From: Paenibacillus sp.
GTDB taxonomy: Bacteria > Bacillota > Bacilli > Paenibacillales > Paenibacillaceae
Reading direction: 5' to 3'
Length of the DNA: 64,000 bases
Assembly: GCA_036496075.1 (NCBI GenBank)
Contig: DASXLR010000149.1
Coordinates: forward strand, 9,877-73,876
Positions 28,801-39,656 of this stretch are shown one piece after another. Under the pieces are notes generated by a model. That model ran no database searches and had not been told where the DNA came from. It was given only the letters and a program-made list of their open reading frames with translations. The position numbers were made by a program, and so were the translations under genes. Position 1 is the first letter of the stretch. The number at the start of each line of letters is the position of its first letter.

Positions 28801-29021
28801 TATTGATACACCTAACTTTTGGGGTTCCTTTATTATAGATAATGGGAACACGAAGCGAAGTACCTAATTCTAAGGTTAACTTAGCAAAGAAAAAAGCCAG
28901 GTTCGAACGCTAGAAGCGCACGAACCTGACCACAATAAATACAACCTATTTTTTCAACTTAGTAACTCCAAAAGAGGAGACTTTTTTTGATTAAATTTAC
29001 CATAAGATCTTATGAATTATC

Positions 29022-30479
29022 TTACACTGTGCCCGGCACAGATAGCCCAAGACCCTCAGCTACACGATGTCCAAATTCTGGATCGGCTTTATAGAAGTGT
29101 CCAATCTGACGAAGTTTAATTTCGTCAAATTCGACAGGCATCATAGCACCCACAATGTTCTGAACGAGACGAGCACGTTCCTCTTCACTGAAGAGACGGT
29201 ATAAGTCACCTGCTTGTGTGTAGTGATCATCATGATCGAAGCTAACACTATCAGCTTGACCCGATACAGCATAAGCGGCTGGTTTAGTCTCTGGGGATTC
29301 TGTAGGTCCACCAAAGCTGTTAGGCTCGTAGTAAACGGACTTTCCACCATTGCTATCCGAGCGCATTTGTCCATCGCGCTGATAATTGTTGGCTTCCGCC
29401 TGCGGACGATTGATAGGTAACGTATTATGGTTCGTACCCACGCGATAACGATGGGCATCGGCGTATGCAAAGAGACGACCTTGTAGCATCTTATCTGGTG
29501 AAGCTTCGATACCAGGCACGAAAGAGCCAGGAGAGAAGGTAGCCTGCTCCACTTCAGCAAAGTAATTCTCCGGATTGCGGTCGAGTACCATGCGACCAAC
29601 CTCGATTAATGGGTAATCCTTCTGCGACCACACCTTAGTCACATCGAACGGGTCGAAGCGATAGGTGTCGGCATCTTCAATAGGCATGATCTGCACATGC
29701 AGTCTCCAAGCCGGGAACTCCCCTTGATCAATCGCATTGAATAGATCCTCTGTATGATAATCTGGATGGTCACCAGCTAGCTTAGCAGCGAGGTTAACGT
29801 CTAGGTTCTTGATACCTTGCTCTGTTTTGAAATGATATTTCACCCATACCGCTTGCCCTTCCGTATTGACCCATTTAAAGGTATGACTTCCGAAACCATG
29901 CATATGTCTAAGCGTAGCCGGGATTCCACGGTCTGACATGAGAATCGTTACTTGATGTAAGGATTCAGGAGAGAGTGACCAGAAATCCCAAACCGCATTC
30001 GGATTCTTCAAGTGTGTCTGTGGATGGCGCTTCTGTGTATGAATAAAGTCAGGAAACTTAATCGCATCACGAATGAAGAAGATAGGTGTGTTGTTCCCCA
30101 CCAAGTCATAGTTACCTTCTTCCGTGTAGAATTTAAGAGCGAACCCCCGTGGGTCACGAACCGTATCTGAAGAACCAAGTTCACCAGCCACGGTAGAGAA
30201 ACGAGCGAACATCGGGGTACGTTTACCTACTCCAGATAAGAAAGAGGCCTTCGTATATTTCGATAAATCATTCGTAACTTCGAAATAACCGTGCGCCCCA
30301 GCACCCTTGGCGTGAACAACACGTTCTGGGACACGTTCTCTATTGAAATGTGCCAATTTTTCTAACAAGTGGACGTCTTGAATTAATGTCGGACCGCGTG
30401 AACCGGCGGTCATAGAATTCTGATTATCTCCAACAGGGGCTCCCCAGCTAGTCGTAAGTTTGTTGTTATCTAACGTCAT
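29022..30479 (-). CDS. katA: Monofunctional heme catalase
   Basis: [34 protein letters not shown]. Confidence 0.97.
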   Translation of the reverse strand: MTLDNNKLTTSWGAPVGDNQNSMTAGSRGPTLIQDVHLLEKLAHFNRERVPERVVHAKGAGAHGYFEVTNDLSKYTKASFLSGVGKRTPMFARFSTVAGELGSSDTVRDPRGFALKFYTEEGNYDLVGNNTPIFFIRDAIKFPDFIHTQKRHPQTHLKNPNAVWDFWSLSPESLHQVTILMSDRGIPATLRHMHGFGSHTFKWVNTEGQAVWVKYHFKTEQGIKNLDVNLAAKLAGDHPDYHTEDLFNAIDQGEFPAWRLHVQIMPIEDADTYRFDPFDVTKVWSQKDYPLIEVGRMVLDRNPENYFAEVEQATFSPGSFVPGIEASPDKMLQGRLFAYADAHRYRVGTNHNTLPINRPQAEANNYQRDGQMRSDSNGGKSVYYEPNSFGGPTESPETKPAAYAVSGQADSVSFDHDDHYTQAGDLYRLFSEEERARLVQNIVGAMMPVEFDEIKLRQIGHFYKADPEFGHRVAEGLGLSVPGTV

Positions 30480-30506
30480 ATTAGAATCACCTCATCTAAG
30501 TATTTT

Positions 30507-30568
30507 ATATAATGATTACTATAATAGCCAACTTAAATAAAATCAATACTTTTTAATAATTATTATAA
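30507..30568 (-). promoter_or_regulatory. katA promoter with two PerR boxes
   Basis: ATATAATGATTACTA (30507-30521) and TAATAATTATTATAA (30554-30568) versus TTATAATnATTATAA; minus-strand TTGATT-17-TATAGT. Confidence 0.75.
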
Positions 30569-30803
30569 TCTAAGAAAATGCCAGAGACTTTAAATGAATA
30601 AAAAGGTTTGTCAAATCCTCTCAACGGTATAACAATCGACTCTGGTAGCAAATAGTGTGACTTAACAAGCAATGGAGGTAATTTGAAGATTTTTTTGTAT
30701 GAACTTAATGATTCTAGGCGTGTACCCATGGATAGACATGTTACAGTCTATGTGAACATGATTATGATATTCCTAATTTTTCATATGAAAGTACTCCATA
30801 TTT

Positions 30804-30830
30804 TGTAACTTTAGCCTTCATTAAAGCGTC
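30804..30830 (+). promoter_or_regulatory. ECF sigma (SigX/SigM/SigW-type) promoter
   Basis: TGTAAC-N17-CGTC. Confidence 0.6.
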
Positions 30831-30867
30831 TTATTATTAAAAGCCTAACAAAGAAGGGGGGATTTTT

Positions 30868-33147
30868 TTGGGCAAGCGTTCAAGGAGGAGATATTTAGAA
30901 TATGGCTGTATATGTGCGGTTTGTGTAGTGATACCCATCTTAATATGGAATATGAATCAATCAGGGGTTACTAGGCCTATAACACCTGCTATAACACCAA
31001 CGAATGCAGTTAAGTTAGTAGAGCCAAAGGAAGTGAACGGCGGAAGTCTTCTACAGTCAGGTGATGAGATTAGAATGAGGACGAGAGGGGCTTATTTCTC
31101 GGAGCAACTCTCTAAGAGAACCCAGATCGAAGCTTTGAAAGTACAATATTACGGCAAAGAGGGGGAAGTTTTTCAGGTGGAATCGGTAGGTAACGAAATG
31201 TTGTCTGTACAATCCGATGATCGGGGGACGTTATGGATCCCCACCTGGTATACAACAGAGGCTTCTAGTCAGGTGGAGCACAGCGATCTGAGCTATGTTA
31301 CATTACGCCCACAGACGAATCTATCTCTGTCACCAGAGAGTACCTTGAAGTGGCCGTTAGCGGGTAGGGGTGACCAGCGTATATGTATAGCAAAGTGGAA
31401 AGACTGGTATGGTGTGATCGTAAGTCCTACCTTATGGCATAAAGAATATAATATCTTCCGCCCAGTATTGCTATGGGTGCATGAGAAAGATATGCTAGAC
31501 AAATCCCCTATTCAGAAGGGGTTATTTGATCCAGATTCAAAAATAACGACCGACGTTGTTCGTAATATCACGGAAATGATGCTGACAGAAGGTAAGAGCC
31601 AAGCTTTTGTAAGGAACTTGTTAGGTGAACCTCATTACATAGAAGTGTCAGATAATTTGGAACAGACGGGAGTTCCAATGCAACTTGGTGTAACGTGGAG
31701 GTATGAACGTTCAGATGCCAACTTTACTGTAACATTCTCTGCGGAAGATCAGCTCAAGCGGACGAATTGGATTTTGCCAACAATGGGAAAGTCATGGAGC
31801 AACCTCTCTTCAGGGAATGACTACTATTTCACCTATGATTTCCTTACGACACCGCTTCCTTCTACGCTGGATTGGACTCCTGTGTGGCGTAACCAAGGGG
31901 ATTTGAATTTCACTTATTTGATCGGTGCGAATAAAGAGGTTCTCCTAATTAAAGGGGATGATGGTGGCTTTAGTGGTATGCATAATGATTCCAGCATATA
32001 TGCGATGAATAGACACACGGGTGAGAAACTATGGCAAGTAGATGCTGGATTTGGCCGGATCACGGCTATGCTAGATCATTCAGGAGAGCATGTGACCGTC
32101 TTTTCCGATTATGATCCTGGTATGAAGGAGTATGTAACTAGAATACAACACATTCGTCTATCCGATGGTAACGTGCTGTGGCAATACAAGCCTTCGTTAG
32201 GAGACGAGGCGATTGAAATGACAACTAATCGGGATTCTATTCTTGTGTATGATCGGCAAGGGCCTGAAGCTACAACAAGAAAGCTGATTGTACTGGATAG
32301 TGAGACTGGCAAGGTGAAGTGGGAGAAGAAGCTAAACGGTAATGATCAAATGCTAAATGATGGACAGCAAGATCAATACGTTCTTATAGAGCAGGATCAA
32401 CAGCTTCAAGCTCTTGATTCAGATACGGGTTCCATCATGTGGAAACGTGAGGTAAGCGATCAGAATGTCCCCAACCCGGAGAGAGACCCTTACTATGCTG
32501 GGGGTGAGCGTATCGATCCGTTTGTTCCTAGGAGTTCGAAACGTTGGGTACTACTAGGGGATCAGTGGCTTTTAATAGATATGATCTCAGGGAAGCATCT
32601 GGCTGTGTATTCTGCTAAGTTAGGGGAACGCTTCGAGGTGATCGACGAAAGGTATCTACTAGTACAGCGGTCGGCCGAACATGGGCAATCCAATGGAGAT
32701 GACGTTGAAACGGTGTTCTATGATGCGAAGGATAACAAGAAATTATGGACAATGAAGGGTTTAGCTTCTAAGGGGGTTATTGAGGGGGATAGGGTATACC
32801 TTGTCGTCAATGGGGTTCCCACATCAGTGGATATAGAGAGTGGGAAGGTCATCTGGCAGATGGATACAACCTCTGGAATTGGAGATCACCTTGCTCAATT
32901 TACGGTAAGTAGTTACGTGGTTATGGATCAGTATCTGCTCTTGCCCTATGGTACAGACCTTTTGTTACTTGGTAAGAATGATGGTAAGGTCATCGGACGG
33001 ATCCAGAATATAAGAACAGGCTATGCAGAACTTCGTGAGCAAGAGACGAGGAATGGGACTATGAATAGAATAGGTAATGAGGTTTATGTTGGCACAGCCA
33101 ACGGGGGTTTTGTTCGATTTAATATAGATACGTTATTTAATGGTTGA
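30868..33147 (+). CDS. Membrane-anchored protein with PQQ-like beta-propeller repeats
   Basis: N-terminal TM helix; repeated A.D..TG...W motifs. Confidence 0.8.
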   Translation: MGKRSRRRYLEYGCICAVCVVIPILIWNMNQSGVTRPITPAITPTNAVKLVEPKEVNGGSLLQSGDEIRMRTRGAYFSEQLSKRTQIEALKVQYYGKEGEVFQVESVGNEMLSVQSDDRGTLWIPTWYTTEASSQVEHSDLSYVTLRPQTNLSLSPESTLKWPLAGRGDQRICIAKWKDWYGVIVSPTLWHKEYNIFRPVLLWVHEKDMLDKSPIQKGLFDPDSKITTDVVRNITEMMLTEGKSQAFVRNLLGEPHYIEVSDNLEQTGVPMQLGVTWRYERSDANFTVTFSAEDQLKRTNWILPTMGKSWSNLSSGNDYYFTYDFLTTPLPSTLDWTPVWRNQGDLNFTYLIGANKEVLLIKGDDGGFSGMHNDSSIYAMNRHTGEKLWQVDAGFGRITAMLDHSGEHVTVFSDYDPGMKEYVTRIQHIRLSDGNVLWQYKPSLGDEAIEMTTNRDSILVYDRQGPEATTRKLIVLDSETGKVKWEKKLNGNDQMLNDGQQDQYVLIEQDQQLQALDSDTGSIMWKREVSDQNVPNPERDPYYAGGERIDPFVPRSSKRWVLLGDQWLLIDMISGKHLAVYSAKLGERFEVIDERYLLVQRSAEHGQSNGDDVETVFYDAKDNKKLWTMKGLASKGVIEGDRVYLVVNGVPTSVDIESGKVIWQMDTTSGIGDHLAQFTVSSYVVMDQYLLLPYGTDLLLLGKNDGKVIGRIQNIRTGYAELREQETRNGTMNRIGNEVYVGTANGGFVRFNIDTLFNG

Positions 33148-33199
33148 CAAAAATCCGTAGTTTAAATACAATGATTTCATTAGGAAACGCTGTTTCCTA
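33144..33199 (+). promoter_or_regulatory. SigA promoter and TetR operator
   Basis: TTGACA-17-TACAAT; palindrome TAGGAAAC-GCT-GTTTCCTA; related GGTAAC-AGT-GTTACT at 33944-33958. Confidence 0.75.
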
Positions 33200-33237
33200 C
33201 ACGTGTTTAAGCTATTGTTTAAAAAAAATTTAAGGAA

Positions 33238-33888
33238 GTGCACCGAATCATGTCTAAATCACTGCATTCCTATAAAACTTACCCGGAAGTGAAGCTTCAA
33301 CAGCAACAATTGCTTCGTAAAAATGTAATCGATGCTGCGTGTCTTCTCCTTTTAGAGGAAGGTCCTGAGTCAGTTACAGTACGACGGGTTGCTCAGAAAT
33401 TGAGTTGTTCAACAAAAATTATTTACAGTATTTTTGGAAATAAAGATGGTCTTGCCAATGAAATGTACATGGACGGATGTCGGCTATTAGCTGAAACATT
33501 TCAACAAGTACCTGACACAGCACAAGTACTTGATGATCTTACTGCTATAAGTTGGTCTTATTGGCAATTTGCACAGCTTCATTCTGGCTATTACAAAATG
33601 ATGTTCGGTGGGGAGTTATCTGATTTCAAGCCGGATGAAAAAAGCCTTGAGGGAACTACTACTGCACTATTTCGAATCCAGCAAACTGTAATACGCGCTA
33701 TTGAGCAAGGTGAATTAGAAGACAATGATCCGCTACTGGTTGTCCAAATGCTTTGGTCTGCTTTACACGGGGTTATACATCTTTATTTTGCTGGTCATTT
33801 TTCTGAATTAAGCATTGCTCAAGAGGTCTATGCATTTACACTGAATAAGACGATCTCTGCACTAAAGACATCCTCATTTCAATCATGA
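33238..33888 (+). CDS. TetR/AcrR family regulator
   Basis: VIDAA..LL.EEG..SVTVRRVAQKL.CS...IYS.FGNKDGL; W..LHG. Confidence 0.92.
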   Translation: MHRIMSKSLHSYKTYPEVKLQQQQLLRKNVIDAACLLLLEEGPESVTVRRVAQKLSCSTKIIYSIFGNKDGLANEMYMDGCRLLAETFQQVPDTAQVLDDLTAISWSYWQFAQLHSGYYKMMFGGELSDFKPDEKSLEGTTTALFRIQQTVIRAIEQGELEDNDPLLVVQMLWSALHGVIHLYFAGHFSELSIAQEVYAFTLNKTISALKTSSFQS

Positions 33889-33993
33889 AATATGGAGTAT
33901 ACTGAAGTCATTATAAGATGACTTCAGTTAATTATTGGTTTTTGGTAACAGTGTTACTTAAATAAAATTACGTTACTATGGAGGTTGATTATT

Positions 33994-34779
33994 ATGTTTA
34001 TTTATTCAAACAAAACTGCTCTTATCACAGGGGCGTCATCTGGCATTGGTGAGATATTTGCCTATTCGCTGGCAGCCAAGAAATGCAATCTCATTTTGGT
34101 CGCACGCAATGAAGAGAAATTGAAGGCACTGGCTACAGAGCTTTCAACTACCTATAAGGTTAAGACAACGGTAATTGCACTCGATCTTTCCATACCAGGC
34201 GCATCACAAGATTTACTCCATGAGGTTCAAAAGCAGCATTTAAAGATTGATCTCTTAATTAACAATGCAGGTTTTGCTACCTATGGTTACTTTGAGCAGG
34301 TTTCAGGAAATCGGCAGCATGAGGAAGTGATGCTTAATGTCACTGCTTTAGTCGATATCACGCATGCATTCATGCCTGATCTGTTACGTAATCGAGATGG
34401 TGGGTTAATCAATGTTTCTTCCACGGCCGCCTTTCAGCCGGATCCTTATATGGCAGTCTATGGAGCAACCAAAGCGTTCGTGCTTTCCTTTAGTGAAGCA
34501 CTGTGGGCTGAAAACCGTAAACGTGGGCTTAAGGTTCTTGCGCTCTGTCCGGGCGCAACTGAAACTGCATTTTTTGATGTTGTTGATTCAAGTGAAGCTT
34601 CCGTTGGCTCCAGACAAACGCCAAATACCGTCGTAAATAACGCTTTAAGAGCACTCGAGAAAGGGCGTAGTCATATTATATCCGGTCGCCAAAATTATTT
34701 AATAGCCCAGCTTTCAAGACTTTTCTCTCGTCAATTTATGTTGGGAATCGTTGAACGTACTCTCCGACCGCATAATTAA
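33994..34779 (+). CDS. Short-chain dehydrogenase/reductase
   Basis: TGASSGIG, NNAG, YGATK. Confidence 0.93.
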   Translation: MFIYSNKTALITGASSGIGEIFAYSLAAKKCNLILVARNEEKLKALATELSTTYKVKTTVIALDLSIPGASQDLLHEVQKQHLKIDLLINNAGFATYGYFEQVSGNRQHEEVMLNVTALVDITHAFMPDLLRNRDGGLINVSSTAAFQPDPYMAVYGATKAFVLSFSEALWAENRKRGLKVLALCPGATETAFFDVVDSSEASVGSRQTPNTVVNNALRALEKGRSHIISGRQNYLIAQLSRLFSRQFMLGIVERTLRPHN

Positions 34780-34848
34780 ATCTAAAGGACAACCGTTTCT
34801 AAATGAAATGGTACTCTAAGATGGTAAAGTGATTGGAAAACTATAAAA

Positions 34849-34882
34849 AGCAGCCGTTCCTTGTCAAAGGAGGGCTGCTTTT
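34849..34882 (+). terminator. Terminator
   Basis: AGCAGCC..GGCTGCTTTT. Confidence 0.65.
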
Positions 34883-34994
34883 GCTCATTTCCTAATATAT
34901 GATAAATAAATCGACAAATTCCGGTTTTTGTTGACAAAAGTCATAGTTCTCTTATAGGATAAGCTAAACAGAAGAAAAAAAGGGGAGATTCCAG

Positions 34995-36032
34995 ATGAAA
35001 AGAAGTTTATCGTTCGTATTATCCGTGATTATGCTGACTGTTTTACTAGCTGCATGTGGCTCGAATACCGAAAAAGACGAACAATCGACAAATCCCGGAG
35101 CGGGAGATAAGGCTAAGCCGAAGAGGATTGCCCTGGTATTACCTGAGAAAATAGGAGTAAACCCATTCTTCGTTCAAATGGATGAAGGTTTTAATAAAGC
35201 GGGGGCTGAATTCGGAGTAGAAGTGAAAACGATCCAATCTACAGACCCAGCGGCATTTGAACAAAATTTGCGTGCATCCGTCGCAGAGAATTATGACTTG
35301 ATCATTACGGCAACATTTCAGGCAGAGGATGCACTGAAGAAGGTGGCTGCCGAGAATCCTGACAAGTCATTCGCTATTATTGATACCGTAGTTGATCTAC
35401 CCAATGTACGTAGCGTAGGTTTCCGCGAATATGAAGCTGCATACTTGTTAGGTGCAACAGCAGGTCTGTCGACAAAGACGAACATCGTCGGTATGGTAGC
35501 AGCCGTTGATATTCCACTTATTAAGAAATTCACAGAGGGATTTCGTCAAGGGTTAGCATCGACCAATCCAACCGCTGAATTCCTTGTCAATTATGTAGGT
35601 GGATTTGCAGACCCCGCTAAGGCTAAAGAATTAGCATTGGTGAGTTTCGGTAAAGGGGCCGATTTCATTGCTGGTGCTGCGGCAACAAGCGACTTAGGCG
35701 TATTCGAAGCTGCTAAAGAAAAGGGCTTCTATACATCAGGTCAGGACGTGGACCGTACGGAGCTTGATCCTGAGCACATCGTGTTGTCACAGTTGAAATC
35801 CACAGATACAGTAACCTATGAAACTGTAAAAGATTTCGTTAACGATAAATTCGAATATGGCACAGTGAACTACGGTTTGAAAGAGGATGGTGTCGGTGTG
35901 ACATTCATTACTCGTGATAGTAAGTCGGCTCTTAGTCCGTTTATCGGGCAAGAAGTCATTGATAAGGTAAAGAAAATTCGTGATGATATCGTAGCAGGTG
36001 CAATTGAAGTTAAAGATCCGCTACAGCAATAA
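34995..36032 (+). CDS. BMP-family ABC substrate-binding lipoprotein (nucleoside type)
   Basis: Lipobox LAAC; F.E.EAAYL.G, F.DP.KAKE.A, G.DVD. Confidence 0.9.
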   Translation: MKRSLSFVLSVIMLTVLLAACGSNTEKDEQSTNPGAGDKAKPKRIALVLPEKIGVNPFFVQMDEGFNKAGAEFGVEVKTIQSTDPAAFEQNLRASVAENYDLIITATFQAEDALKKVAAENPDKSFAIIDTVVDLPNVRSVGFREYEAAYLLGATAGLSTKTNIVGMVAAVDIPLIKKFTEGFRQGLASTNPTAEFLVNYVGGFADPAKAKELALVSFGKGADFIAGAAATSDLGVFEAAKEKGFYTSGQDVDRTELDPEHIVLSQLKSTDTVTYETVKDFVNDKFEYGTVNYGLKEDGVGVTFITRDSKSALSPFIGQEVIDKVKKIRDDIVAGAIEVKDPLQQ

Positions 36033-36155
36033 TTACGGTGTGTACCGAGTGACAAGTTATTGCCGGTTGCTTATGAGCAGCCGGCTTTGCTGTCATTATC
36101 GGTAGGTTATATATGGATTGTAAACGTGGAGACAAAAGAGGAAGGAGCATGGGCT

Positions 36156-37655
36156 ATGCTGCTGCAGATGGAGAATATAACGAAGCAATATGGTGGAGTT
36201 ATCGCCAATCAAGCTGTGAATTTTGATTTGGTAGAAGGTGAAGTACATGCACTCGTCGGTGAGAATGGTGCAGGTAAAACGACGCTGATGCGTATCTTAT
36301 ATGGGATGGAGCAGCCAACCTCAGGTACAGTCAAGATACGGGGGAACAACGTTTCCTTTGCTAATCCCGCTAAGGCAATGGCGAGTGGAGTTGGTATGGT
36401 GCATCAGCATTTCATGTTGTTTCCCTCTTTCACGGTTGCAGAGAATATTGTTATTGGGCGTGAACCCGCCGCAGGCTTAAGATTTGATCGTAAAGCGGCC
36501 GCTAAACTTGTGGAAGAGCTAGGTAGACGTTATGGTATGCCCGTGGACCCATGGGCTAAACTATCTGATTGTCCCATGGGAATGCAGCAGAGAGTCGAGA
36601 TTCTTAAGGTGTTATATCAGGGAGCGGACATTATTGTATTGGATGAACCTACCGGAGCGCTGACTCCAATAGAGGTCAAGGAACTATTGGCGAATGTGAA
36701 GGCGTTAGCTCTTCAGGGTAAAAGTTTCATACTTATTACTCACAAGCTCCATGAGGTGATGGAGGTTGCGGATCGGATTACAGTATTACGTGATGGACAG
36801 GTGACGGGAACTCTTGCTGCGACGGATACAGATATAGAACAACTATCTCGTTTGATGGTGGGGAGAGATCTTATTTCACTTAATAAGAAGCCAGTCTCAT
36901 TGGGAGAACCCGTTCTGGAGATACAGGGACTTGGCATTACAGGGCTCAAGGGTAAGCCGTTACTTCAAGATATCCATCTACAGGTTCGAGCAGGTGAAAT
37001 CGTAGGTGTCGCAGGCATATCTGGAAATGGTCAATCGGAGCTCATTCAAGCGGTCTCAGGCATTCGGAAGGGTGATGTAGGAACCATTCGTTTAGCGGGT
37101 ATGGACACTGCCGGACTGACTGTGCGGGATATTCGTGAACGTGGACTGGCGCATATTCCAGAAGACCGCTATTTGTGGGGCGCGGCTAAAGACGCTACGG
37201 TGCTGGACAATGGGCTGATGGGTCATCATCATAAATTTCAGAGTCGGGGTATAGTTACGCATAAAGCGGCGCGAAATACAGTAGGGCAATGGATTCGGCA
37301 GTTCGGCATTAAGGCAGGTTCCATGGATGATAAAGTTCAACATTTATCCGGGGGGAATTTGCAAAAGCTTATTGCTGCCCGTGAATTTGCGCAAGAGACG
37401 TCGTTTCTAATCGCTGCGGAGCCTACACGCGGGGTGGATATCGGAGCGATGGAAATTATTCATACAGAGCTTATTCGTAAAAGGGATGCCGGGGCTGGAA
37501 TTCTACTTGTGTCCTCGGAGTTAACCGAGATTCTACAACTATCCGATCGGATTGTCGTGATGTATGAAGGAGAAATGGTTGGTGAGTTATCTGCTGTGGA
37601 AGCTACGGAAGAGAAGATCAGTCTGCTAATGGCAGGGGGGAAACAACGGACATGA
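36156..37655 (+). CDS. ABC ATP-binding protein (CUT2, duplicated ATPase domain)
   Basis: GENGAGKTT, LDEPT, LSGGNLQK, PTRGVDIG. Confidence 0.95.
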   Translation: MLLQMENITKQYGGVIANQAVNFDLVEGEVHALVGENGAGKTTLMRILYGMEQPTSGTVKIRGNNVSFANPAKAMASGVGMVHQHFMLFPSFTVAENIVIGREPAAGLRFDRKAAAKLVEELGRRYGMPVDPWAKLSDCPMGMQQRVEILKVLYQGADIIVLDEPTGALTPIEVKELLANVKALALQGKSFILITHKLHEVMEVADRITVLRDGQVTGTLAATDTDIEQLSRLMVGRDLISLNKKPVSLGEPVLEIQGLGITGLKGKPLLQDIHLQVRAGEIVGVAGISGNGQSELIQAVSGIRKGDVGTIRLAGMDTAGLTVRDIRERGLAHIPEDRYLWGAAKDATVLDNGLMGHHHKFQSRGIVTHKAARNTVGQWIRQFGIKAGSMDDKVQHLSGGNLQKLIAAREFAQETSFLIAAEPTRGVDIGAMEIIHTELIRKRDAGAGILLVSSELTEILQLSDRIVVMYEGEMVGELSAVEATEEKISLLMAGGKQRT

Positions 37656-38719
37656 GTGTTATCAAACAGAGCTTACGTGGACTGGTACAGCCGCTATTGG
37701 CTATTATTATTGGTTTAGTGGCTGGAGCTATAGCTATTCTGATTGTTGGCGGCTCCATAACAGAGACTTACATGGAAATGTGGAATGGGGCGTTCGGTAG
37801 TTTCTATTTCCTAACGAACACGCTCGCGCGTGCAACACCCATTATTCTGGCAGGGTTAGGTGTAGCATTAGCATTCCGTGCTGGCTTCTTTAATATGGGA
37901 GCAGAGGGACAGATGGTTCTCGGAGGAATATCTGCTGCGCTTACAGCTCTTTATCTTCCAGGACCCGGTTGGCTCGTGTTGATTGTGTCCATTGTTGCTG
38001 GTAGTGTAGCTGGAGGATTGTGGTCTGTTCTGGCGGGTTGGCTCGATGCACGGTTCGGAATGAACCTTCTTATTACGACATTACTACTTAATTATATTGC
38101 GATTCTCTTTGCAGGATATATGGTCGCTTATCCATTCAAGGATACGACGGGTTCTGCCGCTATGGCACAGTCGGCAATGATTGATCAGAGTATATGGTTA
38201 CCTAAGTTATTTCAAGGTATGGGTCTTCATGCTGGGTTTATTCTTGCTATTGTGGCTGCTGTATTATTATATGTTTTTATGAAGAAGACAGTAGCGGGTT
38301 ATGAGATTAGAATGCTTGGTAACAATCCACTTTTTGCTTCTTATGGTGGCGTGCGGCGAGGACGCATGATGATGATCGCAATGCTCGTTAGTGGTGGGCT
38401 TGCGGGTCTTGCTGGAGCTGGTGAAGTGCTAGGTACGCAGTACCGATTCCTGGATGGCTCCTTATCCTCGGCAAGTTACGCTTGGAGTGGTATTATGGCC
38501 ACACTACTAGCGAGTTCTCATCCTCTAGGTACGGCGCTAGCAGCCATTCTACTCGCTGCTTTACAGACAGGTGCGATGGGCGTTGAACGAAATACGGAAG
38601 TGCCATTAGAAGTGGCAAGTGTGATTCAGGCGGTACTCACATTATTCGTATCTGCAAGAATAGGATATACATTCTGGAAGCGCAGAAAGGAGAAACAATC
38701 GAATGGAACAACTCTTTGA
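37652..38719 (+). CDS. ABC permease (nucleoside type)
   Basis: FRAGFFNMGAEGQ; multiple TM helices. Confidence 0.92.
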   Translation: MSVIKQSLRGLVQPLLAIIIGLVAGAIAILIVGGSITETYMEMWNGAFGSFYFLTNTLARATPIILAGLGVALAFRAGFFNMGAEGQMVLGGISAALTALYLPGPGWLVLIVSIVAGSVAGGLWSVLAGWLDARFGMNLLITTLLLNYIAILFAGYMVAYPFKDTTGSAAMAQSAMIDQSIWLPKLFQGMGLHAGFILAIVAAVLLYVFMKKTVAGYEIRMLGNNPLFASYGGVRRGRMMMIAMLVSGGLAGLAGAGEVLGTQYRFLDGSLSSASYAWSGIMATLLASSHPLGTALAAILLAALQTGAMGVERNTEVPLEVASVIQAVLTLFVSARIGYTFWKRRKEKQSNGTTL

Positions 38720-39626
38720 TGCCGCTCTATTCAGCTCCATGCTGCGCGTGGTGACTCCGATTCTACTTGCTGCATTAGGTGGGGCGCTCTGTTCTAGAGT
38801 GGGTCTGTTTAACGTAGCCTTGGAAGGATTCGTTCTTGTGGGTGCATTCTCGGGAATCGTGGGTAATTATCTTTTTGGTAATGTATGGATTGCGGTATTG
38901 TTTGCGGTAGTGTGTGTCATGCTGTTCTCGCTAATATTTGGTTATATTAGTATTAATCTTAAGGCTAATGTTATTGTTGTCGGGATTTCGTTGAACTTTT
39001 TGGCTGCAGGACTCACGACCTTTCTGTTGCGGGCGATCTTTGATGTTAAGGGAGCTTATTATGATAACAATATGGTGGGACTTCCGAAATGGGACATCCC
39101 CTTTATCAAGGATATTCCTTGGTTGGGTAGCGTTATTTCGGGGCAAAGCCCACTCGTTTATGTAGCGCTTATCTTGGTAGTCGTGCTACAGTTCTTCTTA
39201 TTCAAGACCATCTCAGGCTTTCGGATGCGTTCGGTTGGGGAGAACCCAGTAGCGGCACAAAGTATCGGAATTAAGGTGCGTAAGCATCAGTATAGTGCTG
39301 TACTGGCATGTGGGGTGCTCTGTGGTTTGGCTGGAGCGCAGCTATCGCTAGGGCAGGTAACGATGTTTACAGAGGGCATGACAGCAGGGCGAGGTTTCAT
39401 TGCACTCGTAGCTACGATGCTTGGACAGGCAAGTCCGATAGGTGTAATGGCATCGAGTATGTTGTTTGGATTCATGGATGCTTTAGGTATACGTCTTCAA
39501 GGCTTCTCTATGCCGTCTCACTTTACACAAATGTTACCTTATATAGTAACGCTAATCGCGATGTTCTTCTTCAAAGATCGAAGTTATCTAGAAGATGCAC
39601 ATAAAGCAGGCGGAAGCTCACGTTAG
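38703..39626 (+). CDS. ABC permease (nucleoside type)
   Basis: GLFNVALEG, GENP.AA.S.GI, GRGFIAL. Confidence 0.92.
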   Translation: MEQLFDAALFSSMLRVVTPILLAALGGALCSRVGLFNVALEGFVLVGAFSGIVGNYLFGNVWIAVLFAVVCVMLFSLIFGYISINLKANVIVVGISLNFLAAGLTTFLLRAIFDVKGAYYDNNMVGLPKWDIPFIKDIPWLGSVISGQSPLVYVALILVVVLQFFLFKTISGFRMRSVGENPVAAQSIGIKVRKHQYSAVLACGVLCGLAGAQLSLGQVTMFTEGMTAGRGFIALVATMLGQASPIGVMASSMLFGFMDALGIRLQGFSMPSHFTQMLPYIVTLIAMFFFKDRSYLEDAHKAGGSSR

Positions 39627-39656
39627 AATAGATTGGAATACGGGAGGATACCCACA

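Noticed and set aside
28808-28828. IS3 right end pairing with 24305 to form a composite element
   Set aside because: Match (CTAACTTTTGGGG) is too short and no target duplication is visible
29141-29599. 152-aa alternate-frame ORF inside katA, and similar nested or antisense ORFs throughout the track
   Set aside because: They overlap well-supported genes and have no motifs or RBS
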